A stretch of DNA of 64,000 nucleotides from Leucoraja ocellata (lineage: Eukaryota): assembly GCA_036785375.1 (NCBI GenBank), contig JAWMAR010000030.1:7688001-7752000 (forward strand). The letters run 5' to 3'. The notes under the pieces were generated by a model. It searched no databases, was not told the DNA's origin, and saw nothing but the letters and a program-made list of their open reading frames with translations. Position numbers and translations under genes: made by a program. This document shows positions 14,461 to 26,430 of the stretch, one piece after another; positions within the stretch are counted from its first letter, which is position 1; each line of letters begins with the position of its first letter.

Positions 14461-14956
14461 CTGGGCAGTCACAGCAAACACAGCATGCAGAAGTAAAGGA
14501 GAGACACAAATAGAGGATTAGTATTAGACCAACAAAAGTACTTATCAGCATCTTTATAAAGCGACCTTCTTAAAGTCATCAGGAGCCAGAGTCTGCAACT
14601 GTGCATCAGACCACACTCAAGCAATAAGCAAGCAGCAGAGCAAGAGATTACACCTTTAATAATCTTCAGGTCTAGACTGAGTGAAATAAGTTGCTTTTAG
14701 CAAGAGAAAAATATCATAAAGATGAATTCCGCAGTCAAAAGCAAACATTCCAGGGATGAAAATTTAGTATTCCAATACTAGATCCCCATTGAATCTTATG
14801 AGATTTGGCTCCACATTGTCACTGGTGATGATCAAGGACCAAGGGGGCACTCCAGTTCTAACCAGGATTGGACCTTTGAATGGGTGAATGAGGAGAGGGG
14901 AAAGCAGGCTTGGGTCTATCAACCACACGACAATTGAATCCATTCAGAATCTTTAG

Positions 14957-15033
14957 TGTGACCCGCTGAGTTACTCCAACATTTTGTGACTGTCTTCGGC
15001 GTAAACCAGCATCTTCAGTTCCTTCCTACACAT
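14957..15033 (+). mobile_element. Short Penelope-derived terminal repeat fragment
   Basis: gacccgctgagttactcc...cagcatcttcagttccttcctacac; 11-bp TSD agaatctttag at 14946-14956 and 15034-15044. Confidence 0.75.
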
Positions 15034-17079
15034 AGAATCTTTAGACTACTGTCCCCACAATTTGTGTCCACAGAATGCAATGAGCATCTAGTAAAACAAA
15101 CCTACTACTGGCTGCTACTGGTTCAGGCTATGGCTGGGACGTGCCTTGCTATTTGGGCTACTAAATAATCAGAAATACCACATGTTATCCTTTAAAGTAG
15201 CAAGTATTATCTTTATAAAGTGGGGATTGTATCACCATTTCCCACATGGCCCATTCCAGAGTAATTCTTCTTTTTTTTCCTCTGTGTGTACACTGTTCTG
15301 CTGTACTACAAAGGTGGAGAGTAAGGCACAGAGAGATCGAGAAGGATTAAGGTCTTGTAGTACCAAAGGACCTATCTGTGGGAGGATGGGAGAACGGCAA
15401 ATAGAAACAACATCTCTTTTTAGCACAGCTTAAACTTCTGATCAGAACCAGCTGGGACGTATTCTCCACCGTCCATGGAAAAGATTGCAAACCATTAATC
15501 CACCTGAATATTAAGCGACAGGACAGGGGCAAAAAAAAAATGTTTTAAATTGCTGCATGCCTGTGGACCAAACTCCCGTTGAGCAATTCGTATTGAATTG
15601 CCTCAAAACTCTTCATACACAAAGAGTTATTCTGAGGTGTATGTTATTGAGACCCAACAGTCATGCTATGTATACAAGGACCAACCAACAGTAATTGACA
15701 GGATGAATGAGCTGCTAATTGTTATTTTAGTTGTGCTGGCTGTTGGAGGAAACTTGACTAGAATGAGACTGGATTCTGATTACGCTCAAATATTCCATTG
15801 AAGTCTTTGAATATTTACCATCAGGCTATTAAATACTTCAACCTCCATATATGCTCTGAACTACATAGACTTGGGGGCATTGGTTTCGTCTTTTTGACCT
15901 CTCTATAGATGCTGCTTATCCATTGAGTTACTTTTGTGTTCAATATTTAAGCATCTGAAATCTTTAAATCTCCAGAATGATTGATGGAGGTGAAATACTC
16001 TTCAAATCCACAATATAATGGACTTCTCCACTCCTTTCTCACATATTTGTGTATGTTCTGGTTTCCTCCCTTAACCCAGTAATGTACTGGCTGGTCACTC
16101 TAAGATGCTCCCAGTGCAAGTGGGTGGAAGGACAATCAGGGTGGAGTAGATGGCCTTGCGAGAGAGAATAGGTTGTACACATACGAGATTTGGAATAAGA
16201 TTGATGAGGTTGCTGTAAGAGCCAGCCTCAACCTAATGAGTTGAATAACTGTATCCATGTCGCATGGGAGATATGAAAAATAAATCCATTAATGTTATCT
16301 TGTAATGTTACCTGACATAAAATCTCATAATGTGAATTGATGCAAAGTTCTACTTGATAGCAGTGCTATGAAGTGCTTTGGGATAAATTATGTTAAAAGT
16401 TGTTAAAATAAATGTGTGAGAGGTTGGAGAAGCTTGTGAGTTCTTTCTGAATGGGTAAACTAGGATGGAACAAATGGCTTCCTCCATTCTTAATTACCTC
16501 AGATATTATGGCCTATATTCATCCTCAGTAGAACAAAGCTTCACCCCAATGCCTCCAATTATTTTGATAATATATCAAACTCAGGGGAAGATCCACTGTA
16601 CCATTGGCCTCCATTATTAAGCTATATACCTCATAATGAAGTAATCAAATGAATCACCTAGGCCTAAAATATCTTAATTTTGATTAATTTGAAATGCCTT
16701 GAGATATTTTATTGCAGTAACGATTTTACAGGTCATTGCAGTTGATATGTGTAAGTCCCAAACCTGCCCTTTGCAGCTCTGTAGAGTTTGTGAAACATTC
16801 CATGATCTGTTAAAGTTAAAACTGCTCACATCTTTGCACTACATGCCAACAGTAATAAGCACACAGCCAAAACAAACTCCAATGTAAAACAAAGTTAGCT
16901 ATAGCCATGCTCAAAAAGCACATGTTGTAACATTATAGATGGGGGAGGGCCTGAAAATCAGTTTCATCAGTTTGGACTGTGCCAGATTCACACAGTGAAC
17001 TAAGCATATTGTTAGTTTTTTTCGTTTTTAAAAATCTAAACTTTCCTGTGGTTTTCCAGGGGACAACATGGGGAAAAGG

Positions 17080-17715
17080 TTTGAGCAGGCAGTGAAGAAA
17101 GCTAATAGCTTGTTGGCCTTCATTGCACGAGGATTTGAGTTTAGGAGCATGGAGGTCCTACTGCAGTTGTACAGGGCCCTGGTGAGACCATACCTGGAGT
17201 ATTGAGTGCAATTTTGGTCTCCTAATTTGATGAAGGACATTATTGCTATTGAGGGAGTGCAGCGTAGGTTCACCAGGTTAATTCCCGGGATGACTGGACT
17301 GACATATGATGAAAGAATGGGTCAACTGGGCTTGTATTCACTGGAATTTAAAAGAGGGGGTCTTATAGAAACATATAACATTCTTAAAGGATTGGACAGA
17401 CTAGATGCAGGAAAAATGTTCCCAATGTTGGGTAGTCCAGAACCAGGGGTCACTGTTTAAGAATAAGGGGTAGGCCATTTAGGACTGAGATGAGGAAAAA
17501 TGTCGTCATCCAGAGAGTTGTGAATCTGTGGAATTCTCTGCCACAGAAGGCAGTGGAGGACAATTCACTGGATGTTTTCAAGAGAGTTAGATTTAGCTCT
17601 TACGGCTAAAGGTATTAAGATACTAATTTTAGACATTATCATATTGAAAGGCAGTGTTGGCTCGAAGGGCCGAATGGCCTACTTCTGCACCTAATTTCTA
17701 TTTTCTATATTTCTA
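17080..17715 (+). mobile_element. CR1 LINE 3' fragment (ORF2 C-terminus, 3' UTR, tail)
   Basis: QFWSPNLMKDIIAIEGVQRRFTRLIPGM...GLYSLE; (tttcta)n tail. Confidence 0.9.
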
Positions 17716-17828
17716 AGGTCTATGGGCACTCACATGGGCCCCAGCTATGCCTGCCCCTTTGTAGGGTACGTCAAACAATCCCTGTTCCAGGTATACACTG
17801 GTCCTGCCCCCGGACTCTACCTCCGCTC
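17716..17828 (+). mobile_element. Penelope-like element reverse transcriptase fragment
   Basis: MGTHMGPSYACPFVGYVKQSLF...LYLR resembles the PLE RT motif AMGxxMGPSYA..F preceding RYIDD. Confidence 0.75.
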
Positions 17829-20058
17829 TCTGGCTCATGTAAACAAGGTTAGGTACAAAGCCTATCTATCCCCCATGTGTGTTGGTGTTCCCGGTTTCCT
17901 AGTTATAGATGCCAGGAAGTCCCAAGCAAGGTGCTAAACTTTGTTCATATAATAAAACTCAACCAATATTTGCTACCCAACCAAAACATAAATAGTTAAA
18001 AATCTACCTTGAAAGACAATGCAAAATGGCCTGTTAGCTTTTTTTAGCATCCCTTGAAATGAGTGCCCACCATTTGAGCAATGGGGAAACCAGTGCAACA
18101 TAAATCTACCCACACAGATGACTGATTATCTCTTCGAAGCATCCAAGTCCCGGAAGATTTTTAATACGTTCACAGAACAGTGATGTTACTGGCACGGCAA
18201 ACATTATCCCTCGTCAAACCCTACAATGTAAATCTCTCTTCCAGTAAATACATTTCAGATTACAGTTTTGCCTTTGACTAATGGGGAATATTTTTCTTCA
18301 TCAGGTAGTTCATTTTATTGGTCATGTTCTATAAAATAATGCATGATAGCATACGTTAACAGCGGGGGCAGCATGAACAAAGCCTTTGTTTGTTTCTATC
18401 CTTTTGAGGTGGGGGTCCAGTCACTGAGAAATGAGTGCAGTTATGGACTTACTTAAACAAGAAAAACAAAGCAGAGTAAATGCTCCTAATTACAGGAAGC
18501 GTGCTGTGAGCACTTCCTTGTGCCGAGAAAGTGACCCAAAACAAGAAAGACTTAGGGACCTTTCAAAGTCATCTTTCTAAATAAAAGTGCAATTAGCACA
18601 AAGTCTTTCGGTCTATTGCAAGAATGGCTGGAACAATGTTTGTCCACACACTGGGGTTTAATAGTGGCAGCCTAACCTTGGATGCTTAGTTGATTCCCCT
18701 TGGAATTTCCCCATTTAAAGAGCTGGAGAAATAACAATCGCTAATAACAGTTAACAGTCTTTCAGCCCACACACAGTTGAAACTGATGTCCGTTTTAAGT
18801 AAGAAGAGAGTTAAAGTGGGTTTGCTTATTGTTGCGAAATAGCAACACTGTGATAAATGTATTTTGTCAACTCAGGTATTCCTAGCCCCTTTAATTATGT
18901 TTTAAAAATATTAAAATACAGACCAGAAGCATGACAATTAGGTAAGCCAAAGCATTTCCACATCAGTGAGTCAAAGCTTTAAAGAGGCTGTTCGTTGTTA
19001 GGAACTACCCACATTGTGACTACTTTGAACTATATAGACTTTTCTGAGATATGTGCTCAGAATAATAATTAAAATCAAATTATTTTACACATATGTTTAT
19101 AGATAAATCCTTTATATCATTTTCTGTGTCTTTTCATTTTAGAATTAATCCTAAACTTAGAAAAGTTTGCATGGCAGCATTAAGGAAAGTCAGGGATATC
19201 AACATCAATGCTGTAAACGTCAAGCTAGTAAATGCTCCCAATGAATGAGTCTGCAATGTTGGTTTAGGTACTGATGGGTTTACTGTATATGGTTTTGTAT
19301 GGGGAAAGATGTTCACCAAACAGCCCATTTAACTAACCATTGCTTCAAAAGCCAAGCGTTTCAATGCAACAGAGGTAGCACATTTTAAAATAAATTGCAT
19401 CAGAACTCCAAACAGCACAGCAATAAACCTCATGAATGCAACAAAAGCCTCATCCAACAAAGAACTTAACGTAAGGTCTCCGTTACATTCATCTTAAAAT
19501 GTAAAGTATATGCACTGTAATTCACAGCACTGGCTGAAATGCTCCATGCTCCATGCAAAATGGAGCCAAAGCAATGTGCAAAATGCTCTCAAGAAATGTG
19601 CAGTTAAGTATGGTACTGTCAAATAAATGGTTTAAGGCTGCATTATCCTGAAGCTGAAACAGAATTAAATGACCTGTGCAATGTCACTTTAACTAAAGGC
19701 TTTTATCTCCATAAACCAGATGTTGTTCTGACCTTTTTCTGAAATGTTTACGCAGTGGCTCCCTTGAGAGAAAAAGACACTTCCAAAAATGGTGCCTTGT
19801 TCTTGCTGCAGAGGTTACACACAGGCACAAATGTGCACTAGTTAAAAGATAAAGTAGTTCAAATCAATTTGATTTCAGTCGGAAAGGTGGAGGGTGGACG
19901 AGGAAGGTAAGGGGAAGGATACTGCAGCTTTAAATTATTTTTCTTTGACACTTCATTTACAAACAGTTGAAATGATGGTTCATTGTGCCTTCAGTGCAAG
20001 ATAAGCATCAGGTCTATGTCACCACACGGCTAAAATGAGATGCAATAAGTAAACTTAC

Positions 20059-20094
20059 CCTTCTCCCTGGTAGGCCCATGGATCCTTTGTTTCC
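20059..20094 (-). CDS. col13a1: Collagen XIII exon, 36 bp: GNKGSMGLPGRR
   Basis: Acceptor gattattag, donor gtaagt; resembles recalled COL13A1 GDKGAIGMPGRV. Confidence 0.88.
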
Positions 20095-20751
20095 CTAATA
20101 ATCAATGTACAGTCAGAACTGCAAAGAAAGAGTTTTTTTTTGCAATTTCACCCAAAAAGCTGCTCAGCCGCACACGAGAACATCCAGCAAAGACGTGTGC
20201 CCCGAAATCACAGAGCAAGCGTTTCAGAATGTAATGCTTGATCACAAAAGCATGAAGGTTTCCCATTAGATGCCACTATTGAGAGCTTCACACACCAAAC
20301 TACCAGACTGCTAGGCCAGGAGTTAAACCTTAGGAAAAGAGCCCTTAATCACAAGTTAAAGTGCTATCACCACACCATCAGTTAAAAAAGTCACCATCCA
20401 TAGACATCCATAGCTATCTAGCGATAGCCAAGATAATATGTTTTGGGGAGCAGTGTTTGCAAAACAGTTAAGTAGCTTAATGTAGATGATGTGGATTTTT
20501 AATTTCTGTGATATCAACCATTTCTGAAATGAAATTATTTATCCCAAATGAATTTTTTTTTTCTGTTGCATTAAGGAGAAAATAGAGTACATGATTTAAT
20601 TATTAGGATTCAGTGGGAGTGGATAGAAGTTAGCAAAAGGCAAGCTTCAGTGTGTAGCAGGAGATAGACACAGACTGTTAAAACAAAGCAGATAAGTGCA
20701 AACACAGAGTTAGGATTAGACAGGAGAGGGGTGCAGTTTAAGGCTATTTAC

Positions 20752-20778
20752 CGGAAAACCTGATCTTCCTGGAGATCC
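20752..20778 (-). CDS. col13a1: Collagen XIII exon, 27 bp: GSPGRSGFP
   Basis: Acceptor ttttgtccttttcag, donor gtaaat; resembles recalled COL13A1 GPTGRPGLP. Confidence 0.88.
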
Positions 20779-21127
20779 CTGAAAAGGACAAAAATCAGTA
20801 GAAAAGGGAGAGAAATGAACATATTATTTACACAGCACAACAAGCCAGAGAGACAAAGCTGACTTGATTCATTTTAACTTTTATAAGGTATGAAATTTAA
20901 AAGTGCATTGGTTCAAAAGCTAGAGATCTATTCAATGGTTTGAAAGAATAACAACCAATGTAAATCCTGCAAGGACTCAGGAAACAGTTATGACAACACT
21001 GCAAAGATTTAGCAGAAATAGGTTAATATCTAAGGTCTAGTTCACCATAGAGAAGATAAGAGACAGACACTTATTTCTTTTTACCCAACCTGTTCTCTTG
21101 GGCACTACTAGCGTTTTGTGTACTTAC

Positions 21128-21135
21128 AGCAGACC
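21128..21135 (-). CDS. col13a1: 8-bp microexon GGTCTGCT (completes G-S-A)
   Basis: Long pyrimidine tract ctttttcccttttcttgtgttcacag, donor gtaagt; bridges the phase-1 end of the 45-bp exon to the phase-0 start of the 27-bp exon. Confidence 0.85.
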
Positions 21136-22620
21136 CTGTGAACACAAGAAAAGGGAAAAAGCAGATTATTTTTCAGTGGCGTTCACTACAGAATTAATAT
21201 AAGTTTCATCAGTGATTTAATTCTCTGGACTAGTGACAAACTACAGAAACTGCATTACATTTCAGATGCATATTTGTGCAAAGGAAAGAGTTCTCTATGT
21301 AGAAATAAAATTAGATGATATCGTTTGTGTCAGTTTCTTAATACACAGCCAGAAATTAAAATCACATTTTCGGTTTGTTTTAAAGTTTTTGCCTCTATCT
21401 CCCACCAATTAGGAAAACTGAGCCAAACGACACCTGTCACAATTCAACTGAACACAATGTTATTTCCTTGAAATCAATGTGTACACTGCCCATTCATTGC
21501 TGACCACAGTAAAGTGAGTCAAAAATTGTGAATTACGACCTGGCTAACTAACTGACAGTTCAACAAGTATATCAATCTTAAAGTAGTGAACTCTATGCAA
21601 CTTAGAGTGCCCCCAATAATATTATCTTTATGCGTTAAAATGTATCCTGCAATTTCTATTTATATAAACTGTTATTGCCACAGTCCTCAGTAACGATTGT
21701 GGTTCCTGGGAATTGGAAACTGCTGCCATTAAACAACTGGGCTCCTTGCCCAGGGATGCTGGGATCTTCCCCAGATATCCATGTGCCATTACCCTCCTTG
21801 CAATTCCAGCATCTCATTCCTTTTCTTGCAGGTATCTATCCCTGTTCTTCCACTCTCTGTGTTACCTCCCTGCATCAGCACCGACCCACATCTGGGCAAA
21901 TGGGATAGAAGGGTAGAAGGGCAGAACAGTCGGCTTGGATGTGATGGGCCGAAGGGCCCATATCTGTGGTGTACAACTCCACAGGCTCATTTCCAAGGGA
22001 CACGGCAAAAGTGCCACTGTTGCTGTCTGACCATCAAGTGGCAGTGTCTATGAAACACACACTTGGGTTATAATGTGGGGCACAAGGACTGTAAAAACAT
22101 GCTCCTTCTTGGAGGTAAAGCACAATGAAAATGCCTTGAAAGCAATGATGACCCAAATTGCAACATCAAATATGAGAGAGATGATATTAAGAGGGACAGA
22201 GACAAGGAATTGGATGTTTTGGATGAAATTGGTCCCAATCTAGGGGATTGACTCGCATCCTTCTCACAAGGTTCTGTGAAAGCTCCGTTGGATACCCATT
22301 TCCACTGTTGGAACTTGACACATCCACCCTTCTCACCAGGTAAGCTGTGTCATTAACTCAAAAAATGCCCAATATGAGGATGGTTTTCGGTTGTAGAGGT
22401 CCAAGTATATGGCTCAAAACCAATTTTTTTCAGGATCTTATATAATAAAAGCAAAGCAACTATGCAAACAATCTCGGCACTATAGTAAAAAAAAAATCCC
22501 AATGACCTCTGAACCTGCAACTGCTATAAAATATGTGTGTTTTGTGGAAAACATACTTGTAGGGGGATCATTGACAACAATATAATTTGGACTACTAGCA
22601 CCAATTTTCTTTAAATCTCT

Positions 22621-22882
22621 AGGAAGGAACTGCAGATGCTGGTTTAAACCAAAGATAGACACAAAAAGTTGGAGGAACTCAGCGGGACAGGCAGCATCTC
22701 TGGAGAGAAGGAATGGGTGTTGTGTATTGGGTCGAGACACTTCTACAAGGGTCTCTAACTTTTGAACCAATGCACTTTTAAAAAATTGCAAGAAGGGTCT
22801 CAACTCGAAACATCACCCATTCCTTCTCTCCAGAGATGTTGCCTGTCCCGCTGAGTTACTCCGGCTTTTTGTTTCTATCTTC
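22621..22882. mobile_element. Penelope-derived fold-back element with foreign spacer
   Basis: Inverted arms; 13-bp TSD tctttaaatctct at 22608-22620 and 22883-22895. Confidence 0.8.
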
Positions 22883-23905
22883 TCTTTAAATCTCTTATAG
22901 TCACAGATCTTCCTATAAATGACATGCTACATCTGTTTTGATTAAAAAATAAATAATTTTATAACTCACAACTGTCTCTGCCATCACTAAATCATTATTA
23001 CGTTACTTTGTAAGATAAAAATGTCTTGAGATGTCCTTTCCTGAAATTTATGCTTCCCAATTTTAGTGCAGTGTTCGCGATTAGAATTAGAAGAAATGTA
23101 CAGAGAGGCAGCTGTCTGTCGCTGAATGTACAGCAGAGAAATGATCATTCCAGTGCAAGTGGATTTTTTTTAAAGTAAAAGTCATCATTTTAATAAATGG
23201 AGTTGAGAAACATTCCCACAGTGAGTATTCTTGTGTGGTGTCCATTATCCAAAGTGAACCTTGCAGTCCCGGGACTTGGCTGCTTTTGGAAGGGAGTTGA
23301 TTTCAACATCATAATGCCCAGAATTTCACTGAACTGGGCCAGATTGTGAACAGGTTGGAAACATGGCTTCACAAGCTTTGCTCTCAAGCCCTATTTTCCC
23401 CAAGTGAAATACGCTTGTAAAGAACATAAAGGGAGGAAGACAAGCATGAACAAAATGGATGACAGTGCCAATATTTTGTGAAGGAATGAATAGTGATATT
23501 TATTCTTTGAGATTTAAAAAAATTATTCTTGTGTTATTCATTATTGCATGAAATATAATCTTACAAAGTTATACTACAATGTATTGAAGCATTTTAATGC
23601 ATTTGCCATCATTTACTAATTATATTTAAAAAAAGCACAGAAAAGGCTGGACCACTGCTGAACTCACCGCTAAAAGGTCACAGAGTTTACTTATTAATAT
23701 ATATCCGAAGAAAGGCTAACTTCGGGAATAGAATATTGGTGCATCACCAAGCCAAAAGACAAAGCTTGTGCCTTTACAGTGAAATACAGATTTACAATCT
23801 TATTATAGATGGACCATAGAAAGAGACTTGTGGAGGATGTTTGCTAGAATCTGATGTTTGATCATGTTAGCACAGTTGGGCACCACGAGGAGTGACTTGT
23901 GACTA

Positions 23906-23995
23906 TAGACACAAAGTCCTGGAGTAACTCAGTGGGTCAGGCAGCAACTGGAGAAAAAGGATGGGTGACGTTTCAGGTCAGACCCCTTCTTCAGA
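23906..23995 (-). mobile_element. Penelope-derived terminal repeat with hammerhead-like core
   Basis: Reverse complement reads ctgaagaaggggtctgacctgaaacgtc. Confidence 0.7.
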
Positions 23996-24805
23996 TAAAC
24001 TAGTTTGCTCAAGGAGATGATAGTTTAAAAAAACTCAGAAGTCTATGGTTTCAGATTTCTAGAATGGCAGATCAGGCTGACCAGATTGTGCAGAGTTTGC
24101 ACAATTTTACAGCAAATGAATTAGACTTTGGTATTTTTAAGGCATGCAACAGGTAACAGATCTATGGAAGCAATCTCATATTAACCTCCAAATTAAAGGA
24201 AATAACGACTGGAATAAATGATACACAAATGAACATACTTGATTTACAAATAAAAAAATTATTTTTACAAATCTTTCTTTACAAATGTTAATTTTATATA
24301 CAAAAAATATATTTTCTGAAGTACTGTATGCACATTAGAAAGTTTAGACCACAATTAATAATGCTCCAATATTCATCCACTCTCATTACCTTCTTGATTT
24401 AAAGCATGATTACATGTTAAATATCCCTTTATTACTCTATAATACATGTTCCTTCGTGGGTCATGTGTGTGAATAACATATCACAAACCAGCACCTTTTA
24501 GGGTGTAGCTGCAGATACACAGGAATAGGAATTCTTCCTTGGTTCCTCAAACTAAATGGGCAGTACAACATTGCTACATGTTGTATCCGCCATTACACTG
24601 TTCTGTTAATTTCATTGGAAGCAATGTTTAGGAGAAGACTGTGCATTGTCCAGTACCAGGCTAGCAACACAAGAGTATGGTTTACTTGTGAGGACTGGTA
24701 ACAAATTAAATGTTAATAATCAAGGAGCCAATTCCATTCCTCTATAACACAGGGAATTATATTGTTCATTGTGGGGGAACATCTCGGAACAACTGTGGCA
24801 CGTAC

Positions 24806-24850
24806 CTGGAGTACCTCTGCGACCATGTCTTCCTTTTTCTCCTGGTGGCC
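24806..24850 (-). CDS. col13a1: MACIT collagen exon, 45 bp, phase 1/1: (G)PPGEKGRHGRRGTP(G)
   Basis: Acceptor gtttctctctag, donor gtacgt; perfect Gly-X-Y; visible in ORF 24720..24923. Confidence 0.85.
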
Positions 24851-26150
24851 CTAGAGAGAAACCAGGAATATTAGTATAGTTGTCAACAAATGGGGAGCTT
24901 GTATCTGAGTAGACCAGTGGCACAACCGACTTAAGATGACTGTAAAATTGGAAAGCGGAGTCAAAATGTAAACGCTTGAGTTTTGATTAGGAATCTAGCA
25001 GCTTTTAAGCTATTCTTGTTCATCATTTGGCATGGAGAGTTACACTTTAATAATGATGTTTCTGAGAAGCTTAAATGTAAATATACAAGTTCTATAGCTT
25101 GTATTAACAAGAGTTCTGGCTGTCTTTCACATTTCTACATTCAATTAATTATTGTTCTTGATAACCTTCTGCTTCCCTGGATTATTGATGAATTGGCCCA
25201 ATATCAAGATGCTGACCTAATCTCAGATGGATAATATTTCACAATTTATGCTGTAATAAATCATTGAAGCAGGACCAAGGAGTCAACATTCCTTAACGTT
25301 CTTCAATCATGAAAACGCACATCCATCTATGTTGCGTGTAAAATGTTATATCCCCAAGCACGAAAAACAGTAACAAGGGGAATATCCACAGCATTTCACA
25401 CAAAAGCTACATTTAAAACATGAAACAGAGCACTCTAAACATTTGAATGTATATAGTATAAACTTAAGTACACAGACTGTCCTCCAAAATAAACTGAACC
25501 CACACTAGAAATTGTTACAAAAACCCTCGACTACAACGCATACTATTTCAGATCAGAATCTCTAATCATGGATTGCATAATCGTGCATAAAACTTCAGCA
25601 TGACTAATTTTAAGGTGCTAAATAGATCCCTGTCTTGCAAAATAGAATGTTTATTTGCTCTACACATATCTATTATTCCTGTAAAGTAAATCACCCGATC
25701 AAAGATGAAGTGGAGTTGTTAATGAAAGCTTCCTTTAAGCTAAATGTGAGCAATATTAATGAGGTCATTTTTTGTGATGTCCCAAGTATATATTACATGT
25801 TCAATGGACCGCATCTTGGCTACATAATGAACAGTTCAGTCACAGTTTGCAGGGTGTGTAACAGTTCACTCAGTCCGGACATAGGGTTGGAATGTAACAA
25901 TTGATATATTGATTTATCCTATTTCTAATGAAGGTGATTTCAGACGACTAAAGGGGAAGCTGGAAGTATTTTCACAACGCTCCTAGATATTCCATCATCA
26001 TTAAATGAATCTGTCAAACTGAAAATATCGTGATTGAGGGAAATAAAAACGAAACCAACTTCACCATTAAGGACCAAAACTGGTACGAGCCTCTCAACAC
26101 AAGGATTGTAGTTGCTGGTTTACAAAGAAAGGCACTGAGTGCTGGAGTAA

Positions 26151-26430
26151 AGCCCTTGTCCCACTTTCCTAAGTTACTCAAGAATTCTCCCAAGTTTTCC
26201 CCTTGATTCAAACTCGGAGATGCCAGCCGTGGGTACTCGGGGCTATTTTTTGACTCGTGGACATTTTTCAACATGCTGAAAAAAGTCCAGACTTACCTGA
26301 TGCCCCGAGTACATACGGCTGGCATTATGAGCCGCTACGAAATATCTACGGACTCGCTACGGACATTCTCCGAGTTTGAATCAAGGGGAAAACTCGGGAG
26401 AATTCGTGAGTAACTCGGGAAAGTGGGACT
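26151..26430. mobile_element. PIF/Harbinger-like MITE inserted into a Penelope-derived repeat
   Basis: TIRs gtcccactttcc...gttactc / gagtaactcgggaaagtgggac; TAA TSD splitting the host motif gctggag-TAA-ctcag. Confidence 0.8.

Noticed and set aside
22325-22346. Plus-strand AG|GTAAG motifs (also ~27690-27712)
   Set aside because: Antisense to the gene with no evidence for a plus-strand transcript; treated as chance background.
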